Positions 41,482-49,801 of a stretch of DNA of 64,000 nt are shown here, one piece after another. Position 1 is the stretch's first letter. The number at the start of each line of letters is the position of its first letter. Origin of the DNA: an uncultured Planctomycetaceae bacterium (GTDB lineage: Bacteria; Planctomycetota; Planctomycetia; Isosphaerales; Isosphaeraceae); the NCBI GenBank assembly GCA_963833985.1, contig CAWIAD010000002.1, forward strand, positions 4,416,001-4,480,000, given 5' to 3'. The notes under the pieces are model-generated. The model had not been told where the DNA came from and searched no databases. It saw nothing but the letters and a program-made list of their open reading frames with translations. A program made the position numbers and the translations under genes.

Positions 41482-42537
41482 TCACGCGCGCACCCAAAAC
41501 GGGAAGCGGTGTGGGAAACCTCTGGATTCTAACCGCAAAGGAAATTGACTCAAGTCAGAAAACCTTGAATTCGATCGCAACCGTTCAACCTGAGCCGCCC
41601 GGCGCCGCCATGGGCAAGGCGCAGGTGGTCTGCCGCCCTCGGCAACAAAGTCGAGATAGAGCGTGGTGAACTGGGCAACAATCAGTCCTGGCGGCGTCAA
41701 GGTTGACAGCGTGGCGAGGATCTTCAGCCGGCCCCCACAAGAATCGCAGACCAGCAGACGACAGCGCTGCTGGTCGTGCTCCGCGAACAGCGAGTGCAGG
41801 CCGCGATGATCCTGCCCACCACAAAAGGGGCACTGCAACCGGTTGACGGGCCAGCCCGCGCCGCAACACTCGCAGCGGAGGAACTGTCGCTGTTCCAGCC
41901 CGCGCCATTCCCCGAGCGCGGGACGCGCGCCGCACACCGGACAGTGGCCATGTGTCCAGAATCCTGCCGGCAGCTCCTCCACGATCCGGCTCGACCAGTC
42001 GCCCAGCTCGCCCAGTAACGACAGGCGAAGCGTTGCAACGGCGTGTTCGGCGTCGGCTTCTAGCGGCTCGAGCCGGGGCAGCACGGCCTCCTCGCCCTCC
42101 AGCAGCATGGCCCCGGCGCATGCGGTGACCTGCTCGGGCTGGCGGGCAAGCCAGTCCCGGAAGGGCCCGCCAGACGCGCGGTGCAGGTCATTGCAGCGAT
42201 CGATGGAAGAAATGCGCTCGAGCAACCGGGCGTGATCCAGGGCAGGAGGAACAACCCGGACGGCCGGCACGCCTTCGCGCCAGCCTTCCCGCATGCGATC
42301 CAGCAGGAAACCGGTCTGAATGTCGTGCGTATCGAGCGCAGGGATGGGGCTCCCCGGCACTGCAAAGGCGGCCACCAGCACCCGTGCCAGCTTCTGACGG
42401 AGCGGCTCCCAGTCGGGGCCAGGGGGCGCCCAGCTTTCAAGGTCGGCCAGCGCGTGCCGGAGCGCCACTGGCAGCTCGGCGCCGGGTCGCGGCGGGTCGG
42501 ACGCTCTCCACGGTCTTCGCATCCAGTCCAGGTTCAA
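41482..42537 (-). CDS. fdhE: Formate dehydrogenase maturation protein FdhE (C-terminal end uncertain)
   Basis: CPVCG, CECCG, CPFCG and CDSCG motifs. Confidence 0.88.
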   Translation of the reverse strand: MNLDWMRRPWRASDPPRPGAELPVALRHALADLESWAPPGPDWEPLRQKLARVLVAAFAVPGSPIPALDTHDIQTGFLLDRMREGWREGVPAVRVVPPALDHARLLERISSIDRCNDLHRASGGPFRDWLARQPEQVTACAGAMLLEGEEAVLPRLEPLEADAEHAVATLRLSLLGELGDWSSRIVEELPAGFWTHGHCPVCGARPALGEWRGLEQRQFLRCECCGAGWPVNRLQCPFCGGQDHRGLHSLFAEHDQQRCRLLVCDSCGGRLKILATLSTLTPPGLIVAQFTTLYLDFVAEGGRPPAPCPWRRRAAQVERLRSNSRFSDLSQFPLRLESRGFPHRFPFWVRA

Positions 42538-42758
42538 GAGGAAACCTCGTCCTGCCGGGCTTGCCAGGGATTGTCCACCGGCTTGGTGCCGTCAATCTTG
42601 CTGGGCGCATGGATCGGCTTGCCGCGATAGTTACCGCCGTCGCCACCCGCTCCACCGCCGCGCGGGCGGCTGTCCTCCGGGCTCGAGCAACCACAGCAAG
42701 CCGCAACGAGCAGCAAGCCGAGCACAAAGCCCAGTGATCGCGGACAACTTCGCGGCAT
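42534..42758 (-). CDS. Small putative lipoprotein within the fdh operon
   Basis: MPRSCPRSLGFVLGLLLVAACCGC lipobox-like; start overlaps the NrfD stop and stop overlaps the fdhE start. Confidence 0.65.
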   Translation of the reverse strand: MPRSCPRSLGFVLGLLLVAACCGCSSPEDSRPRGGGAGGDGGNYRGKPIHAPSKIDGTKPVDNPWQARQDEVSS

Positions 42759-43690
42759 CAGCGTTGTACCAGACCGTGAGCCAGGTGCGGCAACGGCATT
42801 CCGACCACCGCGGCGCAGAGCGCGAAACCGCCGATGAGCACGAACAACGAGGCCGTCACCGCGGCCCTGGTCCCGCCCCAGCGCTTCACCAGCAACGGGA
42901 AGATGAGCCCGACAGGCACGATGAACGCCGGCAGCAAAATCCCGGGCCATGTGCTGTACGCCGGAACTGCCAGGCGGCCCAGCGAGATCGCCATGATTCC
43001 CAGCATGATCAGCTCCAGCACGATCGCCCACGTATCAAGCCGCTCCAGCCGCTCGATGACCGATTCGCGGACCTTCAGCCTGAGCAGGCGATCAAGAATC
43101 ACCATGGCGGCGATTCCGGTCGAGGCCGCCGACGCCAGAAAGAGTGCCCCCAGCCACGTGGTGTTCGACCAGACCGGCTGGTTGCTGGCCGTGAGCAGAA
43201 CGCCCGTGTACGAGCCCAGGAAGAAGGCTGCCAGCGACCCCCCCAGCGCGAATAGACGGCCCGTCCATCCGGTTCGCAGCCGCGCGGCCAGCGGGGAGAA
43301 CCTTCCCAGGCCCAGCCAGCCGTCCTCGGCCAGCACGCCCACGAACGAGGCGAAGCTGAACGCGCCGAAGGCCGACAGCCCCCACGAGCCCACCGACATC
43401 GGCGACCACCACTTGAACATCGGCCAGCCCGTGTTCGACTGGATCATCATGTGCCAGAAGCGTTCCGGTCGGCCCAGGTCCACCGTGAGCAAGAGACCGC
43501 ACACGCAGACCAGGGGGAACGCCATGTAATAGGCCACGCGCACGCCGGGGCGGTCGGTCTCGTCGCCGAACAGGTCAGCCAGCGCCGCCATCACGTAGGC
43601 ACCGGCGGCAATGCCGCCCAGGAAGAAGTACCAGATGATCAGGCCATGCCACTCCGGGTCCGCGACCCAGTGATCGAACTGGAGGTTCAT
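42758..43690 (-). CDS. NrfD/PsrC-family membrane anchor subunit
   Basis: YFFLGGIAAG, DLGRPERFWHM, SPMSVGSW, YTGVLL. Confidence 0.9.
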   Translation of the reverse strand: MNLQFDHWVADPEWHGLIIWYFFLGGIAAGAYVMAALADLFGDETDRPGVRVAYYMAFPLVCVCGLLLTVDLGRPERFWHMMIQSNTGWPMFKWWSPMSVGSWGLSAFGAFSFASFVGVLAEDGWLGLGRFSPLAARLRTGWTGRLFALGGSLAAFFLGSYTGVLLTASNQPVWSNTTWLGALFLASAASTGIAAMVILDRLLRLKVRESVIERLERLDTWAIVLELIMLGIMAISLGRLAVPAYSTWPGILLPAFIVPVGLIFPLLVKRWGGTRAAVTASLFVLIGGFALCAAVVGMPLPHLAHGLVQR

Positions 43691-44504
43691 CCGCGCCCGT
43701 CCTTCCGCCCTTCCGCACCGGCAACCTGCGCCCTCCTGCGGCCAAAGGAAACAAGCGCTCCAAGGCCGATGACCAGCGACGCGGCAATGGCCTTGAGGGA
43801 CGAGGGCCAGACCGACCGGCTGGGCACCTGTGCCGCCACCGAGGACGGCAAACCGTAGGTCTCCGGCGGGTCCATCAGCAGGTAAAAGGCGTTCAATCCA
43901 CCCAGGATCTTCGTGTCCGCTCCGTACAGATAGGCGTCGCTGGAACCCTGGGAATGCAACTGATCCACGCGCTCCTGTGCCCGCTGCTTCAGCTCGGCGA
44001 TCGGCCCGAACTGGATCGACCGCGTGGGACACGCCTGGCGCAGGCGGGCACCAGTCCGTTTTGCAGCCGGTCATAGCAGAACGTGCACTTCTGCGCAATG
44101 TGCTTCTCCGCGCTGACGTGAATCACGCCGAACGGGCAAGCCGTGATGCAGTCGCGGCAGCCGTTGCAGACCGGCTCCTGGATGTACACGGTGTCATACT
44201 CGGTGCGGACGATCGACCCGGTCGGGCAAACTTCCAGGCAGGGCGCATGGACACAGTGCTTGCACACGTCGGACATCATCAGCCACCGCGCCTGGGTCCG
44301 ATCGGCGCTGAACTGCTCCACGAATTTGACGTGCCGCCAGTCGACATCCGACAGCGCCACCGTGTTGTCGTAGCTCAGGCCGGAGAGCGGCACGTGCCCG
44401 CCGTTCCGCGCCGGCAGGGCGTTCCACTGATGGCACGCCACCTCGCACGCCTTGCAGCCAATGCAGACGGTCGTGTCGGTGTAGAAGCCGACCGGCTCGG
44501 GCAT
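43687..44504 (-). CDS. Formate dehydrogenase 4Fe-4S beta subunit (FdnH/FdoH-like), frameshift ~44040
   Basis: CIGCKACEVAC, CKHC..APCLEVCP, CNGCRDCITACPF, KCTFCYDR; one added C restores PACAQACPT and joins ORF 43687-43968. Confidence 0.88.
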
Positions 44505-44800
44505 GCTTCCGCCTCCTCTCGGCACGGAACCGGGAACACCGAAGCTTCAAGAGCGCTCACGCAATTCCCGGCTTGATGACCTCAGACCAGGGCAAGTCAT
44601 TCTACCGGATCCGGTCCAGGGTGCGGACCACACTCTCCTCGAAAGGCACCCGACGAACCGCTCCGGTTGCCGGCCCGGGCCATGGACGGATCTGTCCGCG
44701 GCGGATGCTCAGGACGATGACCCTCGACCCCCAGCCTCAGTTTACGATGAAATGGTAAGGCATCGTCCCAGAACGCCCGTGGCGAACCAAGCGTAAACCC

Positions 44801-44879
44801 GTAGGGTGGGTCAGCGCAGCGCAACCCACTGGCTGGCTGTAATATGGTTCAGCGCAGCGCAACCCACCGGCTGGCTGGT
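44801..44879. repeat. GTAG-type REP with partial direct duplication
   Basis: GTAGGGTGGGTCAGCGCAGCGCAACCCAC; CAGCGCAGCGCAACCCACYGGCTGGCTG occurs twice. Confidence 0.6.
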
Positions 44880-44905
44880 CCAACAGATCCCTGCGGCCCA
44901 CTTTC

Positions 44906-46153
44906 TTACGCCAGGTTTCCGGACCGGGCGCCTCGTTCCCCATTCACGGGCCGGCTGGTTGTCGGGTTCGTCTTGTTCTGCAACAGGGCGCCGGGGTTGA
45001 TCCCGGCTGTGGGCGGGCCGCCGATCCAGAAGTCGAGCACCGGAGAGGAATGGTCCCCGAGCGCCAGAGCCGAGACGGCGGGCTCGCGGTGCACCGGCGA
45101 CGGAGCTGAAGCCGTGGACGGAGCCGCAGGGATGGGCCCCGAGCGTGGCACGGCGGGCGGGTCGGGCTCGGATCGCGGGACGGGCTCAGCCGGGTCGCCG
45201 CGTTCGGAACAGCGGACCATGGGGAGATCGCGCTCCTTCCGCAGCCGCTCCAGCTTGGTCCAGGCCGAGCGGAAGAGCCGATCGGCCGCCATTTCATAGC
45301 GGTGCAGCCGCGTCCCTTCGGGACCCAGGTCGATCTCCACTCCCGAGCGCCAGTCCTGCAACTGCGGCTGCTCGACCCCCTCCCACACCTCTTCATGCCG
45401 GCCTTCGAGCGCGGCCACTTCTTCCTCGATCATCTGCCGCAACCCGACCACACCGTCGTCCGAGCCCGTCCGGGCCTGCACGCGCAGCGCTTTCAGCCGG
45501 GCGGTCTGATGATCCAGGTGCCGCAGCTCCGCCGGCACCCCCAGCAGGTCCAGCGCCAGGGCCAGGTCGGCCTCGGTCCAGGTGCAGCCCGGCCCGCCCT
45601 CGTCGTCGCCGCTGAGCAGGCCGTTGCCCAGCAGCGTCCAGCGGCCGATGAGCCAGTCGCAGCCGGCCGAGCTGCGCATCAGGCGGAGCACGGTTCCCTC
45701 GGGATCGTCGCTCAGCTTGCGGCCGAGCTCGGCAGCCGCAAGCTGCTCATCCTGCTCCCAGTTGGCGAACCGGGCGGCATTCCTGCGGGCATCATGCCGG
45801 ATGATCCGCACGGCCAGCACCTCGCTCCTCCAGGCCCCCAGCGCCATCTGGCGCACCAGCTCGCGTTCGACCGTGTTGCGGGGCTTGAAAACGCGGGCAT
45901 ATTCGGCCGCGCGGCGTTCGACCTCCGCGGCCCCGTCCGGCGGCAGGACGATCCCCGCGCCGGTGAGCCCCTCCTTGCAGCCATTGCGCCGGCTGCGTTC
46001 CTTCCCCTGGTCCGAGGTCGGCCCACGCGACAGCCGCCCATTGGCCCGGCTGGCCTCGGCCCGTGCGGTGCTGGGACCAGGACAAATCGTCGTGGCGGCA
46101 GTGGCAGTGGCAGTGGAAGTGGAATCGAGCGGATCGGCGAGCGCGGCGAGCAT
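44906..46153 (-). CDS. Hypothetical protein with SRANGRLSRGPTSDQGKERSRRNGCKEGL motif
   Basis: 415-aa ORF, helical core, Pro-rich tail; motif resembles the C-terminal part of HGGxSTG-type domains. Confidence 0.7.
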   Translation of the reverse strand: MLAALADPLDSTSTATATAATTICPGPSTARAEASRANGRLSRGPTSDQGKERSRRNGCKEGLTGAGIVLPPDGAAEVERRAAEYARVFKPRNTVERELVRQMALGAWRSEVLAVRIIRHDARRNAARFANWEQDEQLAAAELGRKLSDDPEGTVLRLMRSSAGCDWLIGRWTLLGNGLLSGDDEGGPGCTWTEADLALALDLLGVPAELRHLDHQTARLKALRVQARTGSDDGVVGLRQMIEEEVAALEGRHEEVWEGVEQPQLQDWRSGVEIDLGPEGTRLHRYEMAADRLFRSAWTKLERLRKERDLPMVRCSERGDPAEPVPRSEPDPPAVPRSGPIPAAPSTASAPSPVHREPAVSALALGDHSSPVLDFWIGGPPTAGINPGALLQNKTNPTTSRPVNGERGARSGNLA

Positions 46154-46339
46154 CGGCGGCTCCTTGTCGAGGTGGAAGGGTTGTGGTGCCCCGGGGCTCG
46201 CTCCCCGCCCCGATTGATACGCCGGCCTCGTCGCCGGATTAAGCTATTTTAAGCGATCAATTAGGAAAGTCAAATGGCGCTCGCTGAGCATATGGTTTGA
46301 TCCAAAGTTTGAAACCACGTCGCCGCGGCCGAAAAGCGC

Positions 46340-46946
46340 GGTTCGGACGGGGGAACCCTCCAACCTCGCCCGTCAGGGCGACCCGGTTCACGTGCAGGTC
46401 GGGCTCGCGCCCGAGGTTGGCGGCTGCGCCTGTCCGAACCACGGCCTGACGACCGTGGTCACGGTTTCCCGACTTCCGTGCTGTCTGGAACCGAGTGGTC
46501 CCAGCCGAGAAGCGCGGTCACCACGTCCCTCAGTCCGCTGAGCACGGCTTGACGACCGTGGTCACGGTGGCCGGACTACCGCGCTGCCTGGAACCGATTC
46601 GCCCCAGCAGAGAGGAGCCGTGAGCACGTCTGCCAGTCCGCTCACCACGTCCGTGCGATTGCGATGACCACGTCCGTGAGGGCGTGGTTCGGACGGGGGA
46701 ACCCTCCAACCTCGCCCGTGAGGGCGACCCGGTTCAAGTGCAGGTCGGGCTGACGCCCGAGGTTGGGGGCTGCGCCCGTCCGACCCACGGCCTGACGACC
46801 GTGGTCACCCTGGCCGGACTCCCGCGTCATCTGGAACGGGGTCGCCCCAGGCGAGAGGAGCGGTGACCCCGTCTGTCAGTCCGGTGACCATGTCCGTGAG
46901 GGCGTGGTTCGGACGGGGGAACCCCCAACCTCGCCCGTGAGGGCGA
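46340..46946. repeat. BIME-like mosaic of inverted double-hairpin repeats
   Basis: A cores 46340-46381, 46686-46727, 46906-46946; inverted B cores 46399-46440, 46745-46786; conserved linkers and ~21-bp TGACCACGTCCGT-type subrepeats. Confidence 0.85.
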
Positions 46947-47319
46947 TCCCGGCTGGCGGGTTGTCGCTGGCGGCTGGAACTGCCCACCGAGGCAGTGCTC
47001 CGCAATACGTATCCTCCGCTTCTGCCCCAGTGCCTCAGCTTTCCCCTCCGGAGCGTCGTCGCTGCGCTCGACGCACGCGACGGTCTGACAGCGGTGGACA
47101 TCCTCATCGCAAACGAACTCTGGCCTCAGATGCAGGCGGTCTACCCGAAAACCGATATGATGTGGCCAGGCACGACAACAGCAGCGAACCGGGCATCACG
47201 AAAAGCGATCACGAGCAGGAAGGCCTTGCGAAAGCTATGGAAGGTGTCCCAGGAACTGGGTGTCACCGGAGTCTGCCGGCGGCACCACGCCAGGTTACCC
47301 TAGGCGAGAAGGGTGTGAC

Positions 47320-47889
47320 ATGAGCATGTCTCTAAAAAGACTGACCGTCGATCAGTACGAACAGATGGTCGCGAACGGAATCCTGCCCGAGACGAACCGC
47401 TTCGAGCTGATCGAAGGGAAGCTGGTGGAGAAGATGACGAAACGGCCAGCACATTCGGTCGTTGCCGGGCTCTGTATGGATGCAATCCAGGCGCTTCTCG
47501 CACCGGGCTGGCATATACGACCGGATCAACCGGTGCGCATCCCAAGCCAGCGCAGCGAGCCCGAGCCGGACATCGCGGTGGTGCGCGGCGAGCGAGCAAA
47601 GTATCTCGATCGTCACCCGGGCCCCGATGACGTCGCCCTGGTCGTGGAGATCGCACAGACCACGGCAGCCAAGGACCGGCGGCTGGCCCGAGTCTACGGC
47701 CCCGGCGGAATCCCTGTCTACTGGATCGTCAACCTTCCCAGGCGCCGGCTCGAAGTCTACGAAAACCCCGCTCATGGGCAATACCCGGCTCCCACGATTC
47801 TCGAAGAGGGAGAGTCTGTCGATCTGACCATCGGGGGTCGAGTTCTCGGCCAGATCGCCGTGGCCGACCTTCTGCCGAGGCGCCCATGA
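47320..47889 (+). CDS. Uma2 (DUF820) family endonuclease-like protein
   Basis: RLTVDQYEQM, ELIEG, EPEPDIAVV, LVVEIA, GIPVYWIVNL. Confidence 0.92.
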   Translation: MSMSLKRLTVDQYEQMVANGILPETNRFELIEGKLVEKMTKRPAHSVVAGLCMDAIQALLAPGWHIRPDQPVRIPSQRSEPEPDIAVVRGERAKYLDRHPGPDDVALVVEIAQTTAAKDRRLARVYGPGGIPVYWIVNLPRRRLEVYENPAHGQYPAPTILEEGESVDLTIGGRVLGQIAVADLLPRRP

Positions 47890-48059
47890 CGGCCGTTCTC
47901 TTGCACCACATCGTAGCGCTGTTGAAAGGACAGTATTGGGGGCCTCCCACATTTCGCGATCTCGGTGCGTGCATGGCCCCGTCTGTGGGCTGAAATCCGA
48001 TGTGTGTGGCCCCGCCTGATCGGGCCCCTTCTGATACGCCAACGCCGTGGTGGTGCTGA

Positions 48060-48240
48060 TCGGGCTCACGCCCGAGGTTGGCGGCTGCGCCCGTCCGAAC
48101 CACGGCCTGACGACCGTGGTCACGGTTTCCCGACTTCTGTGCTGCCTCGAAATGAGCCGACCGAGCCGAAAGCGCGGTGACCACGTCCGTAAGGGCGTGG
48201 TTCGGACGGGGGAACCCCCCAACCTCGCCCGTGAGGGCGA
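48060..48240. repeat. B-linker-A palindromic repeat unit
   Basis: B core 48060-48101, A core 48199-48240. Confidence 0.85.
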
Positions 48241-48426
48241 CCCGATCGGTGGCTCGTCGCTGGCGGCTGGAACTGCCCACCGGAGCAGTGCTCCGCAATG
48301 GGTGACCGCTTCTGTCTGTCCGCGGATCAGGATCGGAGTCGCGCGGCCGTCGGGATCTCGAACCGGCATGTTGTCGGATCGGTGTACAATAGGGGTGATC
48401 GCCCGAGTCGAAGGGAGCACGCCGCG

Positions 48427-48795
48427 ATGACGACCGTTGATTTTGAGCCGCTGACCGTCACGGTTCCCCTGCGCGAGGAGCCGCCGGGCGTTTTTCGCGT
48501 CGGTCAGAGCCGGGTCTTGCTGGAACTGGTCATTGACGCCTTCAAGAGTGGCGCGACGCCCGAAGCGATCGTGCAGTCCTACGACACCCTCGACCTCGCG
48601 GACGTCTACGCAGTGGTCACTCGATACCTCAGGGATCCAGCTCCGTTCGAGGACTACTTGAAGAAATGCGACGAAGCAGCCAGTGAAACGCGCCAGAAGA
48701 TCGAAGCGTTCCAGGGTCCCGAGGGGAACCTCCGCGCGCTGTTGATGGCACGAGCCAGGGCGAAGGGGCTGCTCGGTGATCAAGCTCGCCAGTGA
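48427..48795 (+). CDS. DUF433 antitoxin-like protein
   Basis: RVGQSRVLLELVIDAFKSGATPEAIVQSYDTLDLADVYAV. Confidence 0.88.
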   Translation: MTTVDFEPLTVTVPLREEPPGVFRVGQSRVLLELVIDAFKSGATPEAIVQSYDTLDLADVYAVVTRYLRDPAPFEDYLKKCDEAASETRQKIEAFQGPEGNLRALLMARARAKGLLGDQARQ

Positions 48796-49126
48796 CGAGA
48801 ACTTCGACGGGGACATTGTCCGCGGACTGCTGCGCCGGATGCCTGAGCTGGATATCGTCCGCGTTCAGGACGCTGGTCTGGCGGGATCAGCAGATCTGGT
48901 CATCCTGGAGTGGGCGGCGAGTGAGGATCGAATTCTGCTGACTCATGATCGCCAGACCATGCCAGGTTTCGCCTACGACCTGGTCATCGCGGGCCGTCCA
49001 ATGCCCGGCCTCTTTCTGGTGAGCGACCGCATGACCAAGGGTCGAGCCATCGAGGAGCTGTTCTGGGCCGTGCACTGCTTCGTGGAAGAGGATTATCGTG
49101 ACCAGATCAAGTTCTTCCAGCACTGA
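48776..49126 (+). CDS. DUF5615 PIN-like toxin
   Basis: DENF, ADLVILEWAASEDRILLTHD; overlaps the DUF433 gene. Confidence 0.88.
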   Translation: MIKLASDENFDGDIVRGLLRRMPELDIVRVQDAGLAGSADLVILEWAASEDRILLTHDRQTMPGFAYDLVIAGRPMPGLFLVSDRMTKGRAIEELFWAVHCFVEEDYRDQIKFFQH

Positions 49127-49378
49127 CGGCGCTCCAGAGAAGGCCTGGGATCTGCTGTGCGGGCCTTCAGAGCGGGTCCGCTGAGCAGGCCATACAATCG
49201 CGCCAGGCGCTTCTGCAATCGTGGGCGGCTCTTTCCCGCTCAGAGCCGAATCGCTGCACGCGCAAGAGAAGGCGCACACGTTGAGGACAACAGTCGAGGA
49301 CTCGCCTGGAGCGGTGTCGCGGGCTGCGCCCGTCTGCTCGACAGATGCAGAGTGGTCCAACTGCCGTGGAGATGCAGG

Positions 49379-49583
49379 TCGGGCTCACGCCCGAAGTTGG
49401 CGGCTGCGCCCGTCCGAACCACGGCCTGAAGACCGTGGTCACGGTGGCCGGACTCCCCGGCCGTCTGGAACGGATTCGCCCCAGCCGTGAAACGTGGTCA
49501 CCACGTCAGTGCGATTGCGGTGACCACGTCCGTCAGGGCGTGGTTCGGACGGGGGAACCCTCCAACTTCGCCCGTGAGGGCGA
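49379..49583. repeat. B-linker-A palindromic repeat unit
   Basis: B core 49379-49420, A core 49542-49583. Confidence 0.85.
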
Positions 49584-49801
49584 CCCGGCCGGTGGACTGA
49601 TCTCTGATCCTTTTGCCCTTCGTGCCCTTGGTGGTCCGGTTCCGGCCGATGCTGGCCGTTACCGCGGAGATACCCACGGTCTCTCACTGTTCTTGAGGCG
49701 CCCGGTGCAGGGCCACCGACCTTGCATGGCAAGGCCACAGCCAAACAGGACCGCGTGCTTCCCGGCCGGGGCCTCGCCCGGCTCTGCACGGTGAGCCGGT
49801 G

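Noticed and set aside
46257..47303. Short ORFs beginning MVRTG... within the repeats
   Set aside because: They are translations of the palindromic repeat and recur on both strands; no coding evidence.
46340..49583. CRISPR array
   Set aside because: Repeats alternate in orientation, linkers are conserved rather than unique spacers, spacing is irregular and no cas genes are present.
46340..49583. Classical integron attC array
   Set aside because: The units between genes lack terminal RYYYAAC/GTTRRRY boxes, are longer than typical attC sites, and no intI is in the window; kept only as a cassette-like hypothesis.
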